A stretch of 64,000 nucleotides of DNA from NCBI GenBank assembly GCA_021821785.1, contig JAKACD010000004.1:1102-65101 (forward strand), read 5' to 3'. Source of the DNA: Thermoplasmata archaeon. GTDB lineage: Archaea; Thermoplasmatota; Thermoplasmata; Lutacidiplasmatales; UBA184. Positions 42,308 to 51,871 of this stretch are shown here, piece by piece. Position 1 is the stretch's first letter; every line of letters begins with the position of its first letter. The position numbers and the translations under genes were made by a program. Below the pieces are notes generated by a model. That model searched no databases, was not told where the DNA came from, and saw nothing but the letters and a program-made list of their open reading frames with translations.

Positions 42308-44449
42308 ATGAGGCCCGCCCGGCCCTCCGGGGCGATGTCGTCCGGTCCCTCCCCTCCCGGCCGTCGCTCGGGCTCGCGCTTGGCCGCGGCGTCGAGCGCC
42401 TACCTGCGCGCCGCCGCCGGCCAGCCGATCGACTGGCACCCGTGGGGTCCCGAACCGTTCGAGATCGCGCGGCGGACCGGCCGGCCGATCCTGCTCGACA
42501 TCGGGGCGGTCTGGTGCCACTGGTGCCACGTGATGGACGAGGGGACGTACGCGGACACCGAGGTCGGCCGCCTCCTCGGCCAGCATTTCATCGCGATCAA
42601 GGTCGACCGCGACCAGCACCCCGAGATCGACCGCCGCTACCAGCGACAGGTGGGGGCCCTCACCGGGGAAGGAGGCTGGCCGCTCACCGCGTTCCTGACC
42701 CCAGAGGGAGAGGTCTTCCTTGGAGGCACGTACTTCCCGCCCACCGACGGCCACGGCCGGCCCGGATTCCGCCGGGTCTTGAGCGAGGTCGCGCGGCTCT
42801 GGCGGGAGGAGCCCGAGCGGCTGAAGGAGAATGCCGAGGGGATCCAGGCCGCCCTCGGGCGCATGCGCTCCGCCCGGTCTCCGGGAACCGCAACGACCGA
42901 GACGTTCGTCGCGCGGGTCCGCGGGGATATCCTCTCCAGCTACGACCCCGCGAACGGCGGGTTCGGCAGCGCCCCGAAGTTCCCGCACCCGACTGCGGTC
43001 TCCTTCCTGCTCTGGGACGCGTTCGCGCGCGGCGAGGAGTCGAGCTCGGAGCGGGCCCGCGAGACCCTCCGTCGGATGGCGGACGGCGGCATGTACGATC
43101 AGATCGGCGGCGGGTTCCATCGCTACTCGGTCGACGAAGGCTGGCACATCCCCCACTTCGAGAAGATGGCCAGCGACAACGCGGCGCTCCTCGCCGCCTA
43201 CGTCGAGGGGGCCCAGCGGTTCGAGGAGCCGCGGTTCGCGGAGGTCGTCCGCGGGACCGTCGGGTGGATCCGCGAGGTCCTCCTTCTCCCGGAGGGCGGC
43301 TTCGGCGCGAGCCAGGACGCCGACAACGCCCCGGGGGACGATGGCTCGTACTTCACCTGGACCCGCGCGGAGCTGAAGGCCGCGCTCCCGGCCGAGGAGT
43401 ACCGGCTCGTCGCCCGCTTCTTCGGGGTCGACACCGACGCGCGGATGCCCCACGACCCGGATCGCAATGTCCTCTTCCGTCTTCTGCCGCTCGCGGAGGC
43501 GGCCGAGGGTCTCCCGCTCCCCAGCGGCCCCGAGGCGCTCCTCGAGCGGGCGATCGCTCGGCTAAGGGCCGAACGCGCCCGCCGCCCGACCCCCACGGTG
43601 GATCGCGCGTTCTATTCGGATCTGAACGGTCGGCTGATCGCGGCGTTCTCCCGGGCGGCGTCCCTGCTCGAGGACGCGACCGTCCTCGCCGACGCCCGTC
43701 GAGCGGCCGACCGCTTGCTCGAGGCGGCCTACCGCCCCGGCCAGGGGGTCGGGCATCGGCTCGACCCGGACGGCCCCCACGGCTTCGGCCTCCTCGAGGA
43801 TCAGGTCGCGGTCGCCGCAGGGCTGATCGAGCTCGCGGGGGCGAGCTCGGAGGCGAAGTATCTCGCACCGGCCATCGATCTCCTCGAGCTGGTCGATCGG
43901 GAGTTCCGGGGCGAGGACGGGCTCTTGCGCGACCTCTCTCCGCGCCTGTACGACGGGCCGAGCGTCGGCGGGGTCGCGGAGCCGTCCTATCCGCTCGAGG
44001 ACAGCCCGCATCTCGCCGGGAACGCGGCCGCCCTCCTCGCGTTCGAGCGCCTCAGCGCCCTCGTGCACGACGACCGCTGGTCCGCGAAGGCCGAGGCCCT
44101 GGTCGGGCCGATCGCGGCCCGGATCGCCGGCGCGGGTCTCTTCGCGGCCGGCTCGGCGTGGGCGACCGGACTGCTCTCGACGGCCTCCGCGACCGTGGTC
44201 GTGGAGGGCACCGGGCCTCGTGCCCGCGCGCTCCTGACCGCCGCCCGGAGGACCTGGCACCCGAACGTCTGGGTCTTCGAGGGCCGCCCCGCTCCGCCGT
44301 TTTCCTTCCCGGCCGAGGCGGCGCCGTCGGCGACGGACGGAGCGGTGCGCGCGCTCGTCTGCTTCGGAACGAGTTGCGCCCCGCCGGTCACCGAGCCGCG
44401 CGCGCTCGCGGATCTCCTCCGCTCGGGGGGTCGCGCGAGTACTCCGTAG
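42308..44449 (+). CDS. thioredoxin-domain protein, DUF255/YyaL (SSP411-like) with six-hairpin glycosidase-like C-terminal region
   Basis: IDWHPWGPEPF...PILLDIGAVWCHWCHVM...IAIKVDRDQHPEID N-terminal signature and ~700 aa length. The start may instead be the second ATG at 42335. Confidence 0.85.
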   Translation: MRPARPSGAMSSGPSPPGRRSGSRLAAASSAYLRAAAGQPIDWHPWGPEPFEIARRTGRPILLDIGAVWCHWCHVMDEGTYADTEVGRLLGQHFIAIKVDRDQHPEIDRRYQRQVGALTGEGGWPLTAFLTPEGEVFLGGTYFPPTDGHGRPGFRRVLSEVARLWREEPERLKENAEGIQAALGRMRSARSPGTATTETFVARVRGDILSSYDPANGGFGSAPKFPHPTAVSFLLWDAFARGEESSSERARETLRRMADGGMYDQIGGGFHRYSVDEGWHIPHFEKMASDNAALLAAYVEGAQRFEEPRFAEVVRGTVGWIREVLLLPEGGFGASQDADNAPGDDGSYFTWTRAELKAALPAEEYRLVARFFGVDTDARMPHDPDRNVLFRLLPLAEAAEGLPLPSGPEALLERAIARLRAERARRPTPTVDRAFYSDLNGRLIAAFSRAASLLEDATVLADARRAADRLLEAAYRPGQGVGHRLDPDGPHGFGLLEDQVAVAAGLIELAGASSEAKYLAPAIDLLELVDREFRGEDGLLRDLSPRLYDGPSVGGVAEPSYPLEDSPHLAGNAAALLAFERLSALVHDDRWSAKAEALVGPIAARIAGAGLFAAGSAWATGLLSTASATVVVEGTGPRARALLTAARRTWHPNVWVFEGRPAPPFSFPAEAAPSATDGAVRALVCFGTSCAPPVTEPRALADLLRSGGRASTP

Positions 44450-45224
44450 GGAGAGGGCCGAGGTCGGTTCCGTCGAGCAGGTAGGCCCGCGCGGGCCCGC
44501 GGGAAAGGAAGCGGAGGAAGAGGAACGAGCGACCCCGCGTCGGACGGTGGCGATTCAACGCTTCCGTACCGGCGATCGGGTTGAACGCCGGCAACACCAC
44601 GACCTCGCGGGCCAGCAGTGGCCCGTGGCGACGCCGACGCCGCGAGGGCTTCGGCGGGGGCGGGAGCTCGACCCGGACCCAGCAGCGGCGCTTCCCTTCG
44701 GGATCGGCCGGCGTCGCGGCCAGTCGGAACCCGGGGTGGAGATGGCCCGCGACCAGCTTCGGGGCGCGCAGGACCGCGTTCGACGGCCAGCGATGGCCGT
44801 GGAAGATGCCGACCCCGGACCGGACGACCCCGGTCGCGGGATGCACCGTCACCTCCCGGGGCAACTGCCGCCCGATCCCGACGTCATGGTTCCCGAGAAC
44901 CAGCTCGACGTCGAACCCGTCCCCGAGGAGCCGCGCGAAGAAGTCGAAGAGGACCGGGCGGAGGGGCGGCGGGGTGCCGACGATCGGATGCTTCGCGTCG
45001 CCCGCGATCAGGATCGCTTCGGCGTGCACGACGCCGGCGAGGCGGACGATCTCGTCGGCCAGGACGCGCGCGGAGGCCTCCGGGGGCCCCTCCGGACGGT
45101 CCGGTCGGCCCCCGAGCCCGAGGTGGACGTCCGAAACGATGAGCGTCCGGGGCCCCTCCGAGCCTGGCGGGTCGAGGAGGAGCGCGGGAGCGTCCGGGAT
45201 CGGCCGAAGGAGCGCGGCAGGCAC
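44388..45224 (-). CDS. metallophosphoesterase (calcineurin-like, ICC/MJ0037-type)
   Basis: VSDVHLG, IAGDAKH, GNHD and GHRWP motifs. The 3' end overlaps the convergent gene by 62 nt. Confidence 0.8.
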   Translation of the reverse strand: MPAALLRPIPDAPALLLDPPGSEGPRTLIVSDVHLGLGGRPDRPEGPPEASARVLADEIVRLAGVVHAEAILIAGDAKHPIVGTPPPLRPVLFDFFARLLGDGFDVELVLGNHDVGIGRQLPREVTVHPATGVVRSGVGIFHGHRWPSNAVLRAPKLVAGHLHPGFRLAATPADPEGKRRCWVRVELPPPPKPSRRRRRHGPLLAREVVVLPAFNPIAGTEALNRHRPTRGRSFLFLRFLSRGPARAYLLDGTDLGPLPTEYSRDPPSGGDPRARAAR

Positions 45225-45348
45225 ACGCTCCGGACCCGGTGCCGGCGGAAGACGGTTCGGGCCGGTGCGGACGGGGCCGCTCGCCCGTCGGTCCGTTCTC
45301 CGGACCGCGCCCCGCGAGCGGGGTCGACCGGTGGGCTCGGACTATCTG

Positions 45349-45375
45349 TTTTATATAGAAGAGCTAGTTAAATTT
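45349..45375 (+). promoter_or_regulatory. AT-rich promoter region (TTTTATATA ... TAGTTAAATTT)
   Basis: This is the most AT-rich patch in the window, 15-40 nt upstream of the ATG at 45390. The first box has a consensus-like archaeal TATA. Confidence 0.55.
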
Positions 45376-45389
45376 CCCGGGTACCGTCG

Positions 45390-46379
45390 ATGCCGCAGGC
45401 GCGGGAGCGGTGGATCGAGCGGGTCCAGGCCCTGCTCGAGCGAGCCGGGTTCTACGTCGCGGACGCGCACGGCGTCCGTCCTTCGAGCTTCGACCTGGCC
45501 GCGCGCCGCGATGCCACGCTCTTGCTCGTCAAGGTGCTGAAGAACATCGACGCGCTCGACGCCGAGGAGGCCCATCGTCTCGCCGAGCTCGGGCAGCTGT
45601 TCCCGGCGGTGGTGCTGGTCGTCGGCCAGTCCTCGGGGGTCGCCGACCTCGAGTCCGGCGTGGTCTACACCCGGTACGGCGTGCCCATCATCACCGAGGA
45701 GACGCTCCAGGAGTACCTCGAGAAGGCGATCCCGCCGTACCTCTACGCAAGTCCGGGCGGGACGTTCGCGCCGGTCGACGGCGCGCGCCTGCACACCCTC
45801 CGCGTCGCCCGCGGGCTCTCCCTTGGCACGCTCGCCGCCGTGGCGGGAGTATCGCGACGCGCGATCCAGCTGTACGAGGACGGAGCGGGCGCGGAAGTGA
45901 CGGTGGTCGAGCGGATCGAGCACTATCTCGGGGAGTCGGTCGTCCGCTCGATCGAGCTCTTCGAGATCCGCCGCCCCGCCGCTTCGGCGGAGGCGCCCGC
46001 CGGGTCCCGTCCCGCTCGGACGACGGCCCCCGAGCGTGGGCCGAAGGCGACCGGCGACCCGTGGCGGGACGGCGTGCTCGAGCAGCTCGGGGACATCGGG
46101 CTCGAGGTCACCGTGACGACCCGGGCGCCGTTCGATGCGCTCGCGCGGACCCCCGACATCCTGCTCGCCGCGCTCGGCAGCCTCCGCACCGCGCTCCACC
46201 GAGCCGAGGTCCTGCAGGGCCTCGCGCGCGTGGCCGAGGGCCATGCGCTGTTCGTCGTTCGGGAACCGATCCACCGCACGTCGATCGACGGGCTCGCCCT
46301 CCTGAGTGTCTCGGACCTCCGGCGCCATCGCGATCCGGACGAGCTTCTCGAGGAGATCTCCGAACGGGAAAGCCCGTGA
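45390..46379 (+). CDS. archaeal putative HTH (XRE-type) transcriptional regulator, COG1395/MJ0586-like
   Basis: A central helix-turn-helix (RVARGLSLGTLAAVAGVSRRAIQLYEDG) is flanked by two related alpha/beta domains (FDLAARRDATLLLVKVL ... FDALARTPDILLAAL). Confidence 0.78.
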   Translation: MPQARERWIERVQALLERAGFYVADAHGVRPSSFDLAARRDATLLLVKVLKNIDALDAEEAHRLAELGQLFPAVVLVVGQSSGVADLESGVVYTRYGVPIITEETLQEYLEKAIPPYLYASPGGTFAPVDGARLHTLRVARGLSLGTLAAVAGVSRRAIQLYEDGAGAEVTVVERIEHYLGESVVRSIELFEIRRPAASAEAPAGSRPARTTAPERGPKATGDPWRDGVLEQLGDIGLEVTVTTRAPFDALARTPDILLAALGSLRTALHRAEVLQGLARVAEGHALFVVREPIHRTSIDGLALLSVSDLRRHRDPDELLEEISERESP

Positions 46380-47032
46380 TCACCGCCACGATCGGCGAGG
46401 ATCGCGCGCTCCTGCTCGTCGGGCCCGTCCGGGGGCTCGCGCAGGAGGCGCGAGAGACCGTCGAGGCGCTCCGCGAGTTCGCCCCGACGACCGTGGGGCT
46501 CGGCCTTTCCGAGGAGGAGATGCGCGGCCTGATCAACTACTTCGTCGCCGCGGAGGCGGAGCCGGTGGTCCCGCTCACCGCGACCGAGACGAGCGAGGTG
46601 GAGGGCCTCGTGCGGTTCGGCGAGGTGCGGGTGCCCAACCCGGCGTTCGTCGACGTGCTTTCCTGGTGCGTCGCGAGCCAGATACCGGCCGAGCCGCTCG
46701 ACCCGAACGACGAGCATTCCGCAGCGCTCTTCACCGAGCACATCGGCTACATGGCGCTCGTGCGCCGGACGGTCGGGGAGCGACGCGTGGCCCGGAACCC
46801 GCCCCGCTCCTCGACCGCGGACGAGTTCGCCCTGGCCTGGGACCGGGAGATCTCGCGCGGGCGGGGGTCCCGGGAGCTGGCCCAGGCGCGCGATCGGCAT
46901 TTCGCTCGGGGCGTCGGGCGGCTCCGCGCCACGGGACCGCGCCTCGGGCTCGTGGTCGACCGGGAGCGATTCGAGTCGATCCGGACCCTCCTCGAGAACG
47001 GCGTGCCGCCCGCGATGGACGCGGAGCCGTAG
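46376..47032 (+). CDS. TraB/Tiki-like paralog lacking both catalytic GxxH motifs (predicted pseudoenzyme)
   Basis: The GTG start overlaps the upstream stop (GTGA). It is colinear with the canonical TraB at 11803, but GTAH becomes GPVR and GDAH becomes DRER. Confidence 0.6.
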   Translation: MITATIGEDRALLLVGPVRGLAQEARETVEALREFAPTTVGLGLSEEEMRGLINYFVAAEAEPVVPLTATETSEVEGLVRFGEVRVPNPAFVDVLSWCVASQIPAEPLDPNDEHSAALFTEHIGYMALVRRTVGERRVARNPPRSSTADEFALAWDREISRGRGSRELAQARDRHFARGVGRLRATGPRLGLVVDRERFESIRTLLENGVPPAMDAEP

Positions 47033-47045
47033 GCGCGCGCCGCCC

Positions 47046-47588
47046 TCAGTCGGAACGCGAGAGGATACGCTCGATCATCGCCCGGGCGTCCCGGCGGAAC
47101 TGGTCGATCGACCCCTCGTTGATGAGCATCCCGTCGGCGAGGGCGAACGCGTTGCCGATCCCCCACTTGAGCTCCCGCCGGTCGCGGTCGTAGAACTCCT
47201 GGAGGTCCCCGCCGTCGTCGGACCGGCCCCGGGTCGACATCCGCTCGTGCCGGGTCTCGGGCGAAGCGTAGATCCCGAGGACGAAGAGGTCCCCGAAGTT
47301 GTGGCGGAAGACCGTCACCTCGTCATCCGACCGACAGCCGTCCACGAGCATCCGCGTCTCCGTGAGCTTCGGCAGCGCCCGCTGCGCCCAGATGCCCGCC
47401 CCGTGCTTGTTCCGTTCCTCGGAGGCGACCCGCGCGACGTTCGCGTTCGAGAGCGGGAGGCCCCGCCGCCGGGTCTCATCGCGGACGAGGTCGCCCATCT
47501 TGAGGGTCGCGAGGCCCATCCCGCGGGCGACCGCGAGGAGCTCGTCCTTGCCCGACCCGGGCATCCCGACGGTGACGATGAGTTTCAT
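47046..47588 (-). CDS. P-loop nucleotide kinase-like protein (UPF0200 / dephospho-CoA-kinase-like)
   Basis: MKLIVTVGMPGSGKDE Walker A and ~180 aa size. The start overlaps the stop of the upstream coiled-coil gene. Confidence 0.72.
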   Translation of the reverse strand: MKLIVTVGMPGSGKDELLAVARGMGLATLKMGDLVRDETRRRGLPLSNANVARVASEERNKHGAGIWAQRALPKLTETRMLVDGCRSDDEVTVFRHNFGDLFVLGIYASPETRHERMSTRGRSDDGGDLQEFYDRDRRELKWGIGNAFALADGMLINEGSIDQFRRDARAMIERILSRSD

Positions 47589-48220
47589 AGCGTGTGCGGG
47601 GGCTCGTCGGTGCCTTCCTTCTTCGCCGCGGGCGCGGCCCCGGTGGCGGAGAGGTGCGCTGCGACGTCGTGCTCGGTGACCATCTGGAGCCGATCGGCCC
47701 GGTCCCGGAACGCCGCGGCCTCCTGCTCCTCGGTGCGGGCGGCTTCGAGGTAGCGGTCGACCTTGACCTTGAGCTCGGCCGTCTTCTGGGTCTTGGTGGC
47801 GGCTTTGAGCTCGTAGTTGCGCGCCTTCTGCTGGCGGTCAACCACTTTCTGCTGCAGCTTGCGGACGCGATAATGGAGGTTCGTGACGTCCGAGCCGACC
47901 GGCGCGCCGCCCGCCTTCTGCGTCGCGGCGTCGATATCGCGCTCGTGCTGCTTCATCTGCTGCTCGATCTCCGGGATCTCCCCGAGGCTTCGCTGCCCCT
48001 TTTCGCGCAGGAGCGTGGCCTGGTGGCGCAGCTTCTCGATCCGGGTGTTCAGGCGGGACGCCCGTTGCTGCGCCCGCGTGGCCGCCCGGTCGTGGCGAGC
48101 CGCGAGCTCGCGCAGCTTGGTGATGTCCGCGTACTGCTGGCCGATCCACCGTGACTGCCGCGCCGCCTGCGGGGTCGAGTGGGGTGGGGGTGCCGAGGGG
48201 TCGCCTCCGCCGGTTGCCAT
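47585..48220 (-). CDS. coiled-coil protein, hypothetical
   Basis: 211 aa, rich in heptad-like Q/K/E/R/L repeats. The TATA-like AGATATA at 48244-48250 lies 27 nt upstream of the ATG. Confidence 0.62.
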   Translation of the reverse strand: MATGGGDPSAPPPHSTPQAARQSRWIGQQYADITKLRELAARHDRAATRAQQRASRLNTRIEKLRHQATLLREKGQRSLGEIPEIEQQMKQHERDIDAATQKAGGAPVGSDVTNLHYRVRKLQQKVVDRQQKARNYELKAATKTQKTAELKVKVDRYLEAARTEEQEAAAFRDRADRLQMVTEHDVAAHLSATGAAPAAKKEGTDEPPHTL

Positions 48221-48286
48221 CGAGGGGGAGTGACCCGGATGCGAGATATAGCGGTTGTTGTAAAATCGCCGGAGCCCCGACGGCCG

Positions 48287-49792
48287 CTACGCCCGTGGAG
48301 GGCGGGGCAGCCGGAGGGCGTCCGCCAGTCGGGCCGGGAGGTCGCGGACCGCGACCCGGGTCTGGGCCTTCGTGTCGCGTTCTCGGAGGGTGACGGTGTC
48401 CCGGGACGGGCCGTCGGCGAGCGTCTCCGCATCGACGGTGACGCAGAACGGTGTCCCAGCTTCGTCCATCCGGGCATAGCGTTTCCCGATGGTGCCCGCG
48501 TCGTCGTACCGCACCGCGAGTCCCGTCGCAGCGAGCTCGTCCGCGAGCCGGAGTGCATAGGCGGAATGGGCCTTCGGGATCAGCGGAAAGATCCCGACCG
48601 GGACCGGGGCGAGGCAGGCCGGCAGGCGCCAGACGGTCCGTTCCCCCTCGGTCCCGAGGTGCGTGTCCGCGAGGGCCCAGAGGTTCCGGTCGATCCCGAA
48701 GGTGAGCTCCAGCACGTGCGGACGGACCGACCGGCCGTCGGTCAGCGTCACCGAGAGGTCCTTGCCGGACCCTTCGCCGTGGCGGGAGAGGTCGTAGTCG
48801 CCCCGGTAGTGGACGGCCCCGAGCTCCTTGTAGCCGCCGAGGGAGTCCAGCCGGACCTCGAAGTCGAACTGGATCCGGTTGTAGAACGCCCGCTCCTGGT
48901 CGGACTTCTCGAAGAGCCGGATCCGGTCGGCCGGATATCCCAGCACCTCCCGGTAGAACCGGTAGGTGTGAACGAGGTGGTACACGTAGAACTCGGGCAG
49001 GTTCCCCGTCGCGACCAGGTCGCCGGCGCGGACCCACTCCGGGGTTTCCTCCCCCTTCTCCCGACGCGGCACCCGAAGGACCGGGAGCGCCTCCGCCGCG
49101 ACGCGGTCGAAGGGGACGACGAAGTGGTCGGGGTCGAAGAAGATCTGGAGCTCCGCCTGCGTGAACGACCGCATCCGGAAGAGGACCTGACGCGGGGCGA
49201 TCTCGTTCCGGTAGGCCTTGCCGATGACGGCGATCCCGAGGGGGAGCGCGTGCCGGCCGACGTCCCACATCCGCGGGAAGGCGAGGTAGCTCGACTGCGC
49301 GGTCTCAGGTCGGAGGTACGCCCGCTCCTTCCCGGTGACGCCGAAGTCGAGACCGAACATCAGGTTGAACGGTCGGGGCACGCTCAGTGCCGTCGAACCG
49401 CAGCTCGGGCATCGCAGGTGGTTCGCGTGGACGACCTCGGCGATCTGGGCCGGCGACAGTCCATCGACCCCCTCGGGGCGGACCTTCTCGAGGACCGTCT
49501 CCGCCCGGAACGCCGTGTGGCAGTTCTCGCACGAGACCTCGGGATCGGTGAAGTTCTCGAGGTGGCCCGAGGCGCGTACCACCGCCTCGGGGAGGATCTC
49601 GGCGGGGTCGAGCCGGTAGTAGTCGTGGGAGAGCCCGACGAACCAGGCCGTCCACGCCTCCTCGATCTGACGCTTGAGCGCGGCGCCAAGGGGGCCGTAA
49701 TCATACAACCCCTGGGCGCCGCCGTAGATCTCGGCGGTCGGCCAGAGGACCCCCCGTCGGCGGAGCAGGGCAAACAGCTCGTCGCTCTTCAT
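48287..49792 (-). CDS. glyS: glycine--tRNA ligase (archaeal/eukaryotic class II type)
   Basis: RRRGVLWPTAEIYGGAQGLYDYGPLG N-terminus, with FRNEISPR-like block YRNEIAPR. The ATG at 49792 was chosen. Confidence 0.93.
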   Translation of the reverse strand: MKSDELFALLRRRGVLWPTAEIYGGAQGLYDYGPLGAALKRQIEEAWTAWFVGLSHDYYRLDPAEILPEAVVRASGHLENFTDPEVSCENCHTAFRAETVLEKVRPEGVDGLSPAQIAEVVHANHLRCPSCGSTALSVPRPFNLMFGLDFGVTGKERAYLRPETAQSSYLAFPRMWDVGRHALPLGIAVIGKAYRNEIAPRQVLFRMRSFTQAELQIFFDPDHFVVPFDRVAAEALPVLRVPRREKGEETPEWVRAGDLVATGNLPEFYVYHLVHTYRFYREVLGYPADRIRLFEKSDQERAFYNRIQFDFEVRLDSLGGYKELGAVHYRGDYDLSRHGEGSGKDLSVTLTDGRSVRPHVLELTFGIDRNLWALADTHLGTEGERTVWRLPACLAPVPVGIFPLIPKAHSAYALRLADELAATGLAVRYDDAGTIGKRYARMDEAGTPFCVTVDAETLADGPSRDTVTLRERDTKAQTRVAVRDLPARLADALRLPRPPRA

Positions 49793-50883
49793 CGTGCCCG
49801 GCCGCCTCGACGCCCCGGGGGCCGCCCCCGGACCATAAGGTGTTCGGTGGTGCGCGTCACGACCTGATACGCCGGGTCCTCCGGCGGCAGTCGGAGCACG
49901 AGCGGGGGGAACGGGGCGTCCGGGCCGACCCGCGCCGCCTCGGGCGCTCCGAGCCATCGCCACGGCTCCACGAGCGCGGCGCGGGCCAGGAAGTCGGCCG
50001 AGACCGGTCGATGCCGTAGGCGGCTTCCGACGTACGCGAACTCGAGCTCGCGCCAGATGGAGGGTGCGTGGAACATCGCGTTGTCCGTTCCGAGGAGGAC
50101 GGTGAGCCCGATCCGCTCCATTCGGGCGAGGTCGGGTTGCCGGCCGAAGAGGGCGTTCGACCGGGGGCAGACCGCGACCGGTACCCCGGCGTCCCGGACG
50201 GTCTCGAGGTCGGTGGCCGTGGCCCGTGCGAGATGGACGAGGAGGTCCGGGACGGGGTCGAGGAACTCCTGAGGATCCTCCCGCCGGGCCTCGCTCGCGT
50301 GAAGGGCGTACCGCTTCCCCTTCGCGCGGCAGGCGCGGGCCACGGCCCGTCGGGTCTCCTGCGTCTCGTCCTGCGCGCTCGAGAGGCCGATCCCGTCAGC
50401 GAGGTCGAGGACCTCTCGGAGCTCGGTCGGGTCGAGGGGCCGACGAACGGGCCGTCCGAAGACGAACAGCCGCAGGGGCAGGTCCTGGGCGGCGGCGCGG
50501 AGCAGCTCGACACCGGCCCGACCCTCCTCCCGGAAATCGATCGCCCCGGCGAGCCCCTCACGTACCATCCGGTGCAGCGCCCGTCGCATCGCCCGTCGCT
50601 TCTCCGTCGCCGTCGAGTCGGCGAGAAGGCGGAACTTGTAGCCGTCCGGGGGCCGGACGAGGGTCGAGACCGACCCGCGCGGGGGCTCGCGCACCGACAC
50701 CGCGTCGCCGAGATGGGTATGGGCGTTCACGGGCGGGGGAACGACGATGCCATGGACGCGCCGCTCCCGCCCCCGACCGCCGTCCGCGCCGATCGCCCCG
50801 GTCTCCACGACCCGTCCGTGGCGAAAGCGCACGTAGGCGGGCCGGATCCCATCGATGTCCAAGATCGCTCCCTCGACGATCAT
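49789..50883 (-). CDS. amidohydrolase-family protein (chlorohydrolase/deaminase-like)
   Basis: NAHTHLGD metal-binding HxH and LHASE and GTDN blocks. The stop overlaps the glyS start. Confidence 0.78.
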   Translation of the reverse strand: MIVEGAILDIDGIRPAYVRFRHGRVVETGAIGADGGRGRERRVHGIVVPPPVNAHTHLGDAVSVREPPRGSVSTLVRPPDGYKFRLLADSTATEKRRAMRRALHRMVREGLAGAIDFREEGRAGVELLRAAAQDLPLRLFVFGRPVRRPLDPTELREVLDLADGIGLSSAQDETQETRRAVARACRAKGKRYALHASEARREDPQEFLDPVPDLLVHLARATATDLETVRDAGVPVAVCPRSNALFGRQPDLARMERIGLTVLLGTDNAMFHAPSIWRELEFAYVGSRLRHRPVSADFLARAALVEPWRWLGAPEAARVGPDAPFPPLVLRLPPEDPAYQVVTRTTEHLMVRGRPPGRRGGRAR

Positions 50884-50985
50884 CGGGCCCGCGCCGGAGG
50901 GGCTCGGGGCCTTAAGGGCGAGCCCGTCCCCTCCCCGAAGGGCTATGGACCCCCGCGCGCATCGGGCGCGACCTTGACGACGGGG

Positions 50986-51855
50986 ATGGACGTCTCTGAG
51001 CGGCCGCGGGAGCTACTGGTCTCGGGCCACGCGAACGTCGACCGCTTCCTTTCCGTGGCCCGCTTCCCGCCGGCCGACCGTACCGTCCCGCTCACAGGCC
51101 ACCGGGCGGAGCTCGGCGGAACCGCGGTGAACATCGCCCGGGCCGCCTCCCGCTTCGGGGTCGCGACCGGCCTTGTCTCGTTCGTGGGCGAGGAGTTCCC
51201 CCCCGCATTCGAGGCGCGTCTGGTGAAGGCCGGGATCGACCTCCGTGGGTTCGTCCGGGTTCCGGGCAGCTCCACCCCGACGTGCTTCATCGTCGAGGAC
51301 CGACGGAGGGTCCAGCGGACCTTCATCGACCAGGGTCCGATGGGCGATCTCGCGGGTACTGTCCTGCCCGGGGAGTGGCTCCGGGAGTACTCGTGGCTCC
51401 ACCTGACCACCGGCGACCCGGAGTTCCAGCTTCGGCTCGGGCAGAAGGCCCGGGACCTCGGTCTGCGCGTCGCCGCCGACCCGGCCCAGGAGATCCGCTA
51501 CCGATGGGACCGCCCCCATCTCCGTCGGCTCCTCGCCCTCTCCGAGGTCCTGTTCGGCAACCGGGACGAGATCGCGTTCATGGGCCGGCTGCTCGGAGGC
51601 ACCGGGGGCGCGACGCTGCTCCGCGAGGTGCCGCTCGTCGTGAGGACCGAGGGACGGGGAGGCGCGACCGCGTTCACCCGTGTCGGCCAGGCGCACGTGC
51701 CGGCCGTGCGCGCCCGGGTCAACGGCTCCGCGGTCGGCGCCGGCGACGCGTTCCGGGGCGGGTTCTACGCGGGATTCTTCGCCGGGCGACCGCTCCGGGA
51801 ATGCCTCGCCGCCGGGGTTCGGTCCTCGACCCGATGGATCGAGGACCCTGCCTAG
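50986..51855 (+). CDS. PfkB-family carbohydrate/nucleoside kinase
   Basis: GGTAVNIA, plus the C-terminal GAGDAFRGGF anion-hole/ATP motif. ATG at 50986, in the frame of the long ORF. Confidence 0.85.
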   Translation: MDVSERPRELLVSGHANVDRFLSVARFPPADRTVPLTGHRAELGGTAVNIARAASRFGVATGLVSFVGEEFPPAFEARLVKAGIDLRGFVRVPGSSTPTCFIVEDRRRVQRTFIDQGPMGDLAGTVLPGEWLREYSWLHLTTGDPEFQLRLGQKARDLGLRVAADPAQEIRYRWDRPHLRRLLALSEVLFGNRDEIAFMGRLLGGTGGATLLREVPLVVRTEGRGGATAFTRVGQAHVPAVRARVNGSAVGAGDAFRGGFYAGFFAGRPLRECLAAGVRSSTRWIEDPA

Positions 51856-51860
51856 GAGGT
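51855..51860 (+). promoter_or_regulatory. Shine-Dalgarno GGAGGT for moeA
   Basis: GGAGGT lies 11 nt upstream of the ATG at 51872 and is complementary to the archaeal 16S 3' end consensus. Confidence 0.5.
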
Positions 51861-51871
51861 TCGCACGCCCC

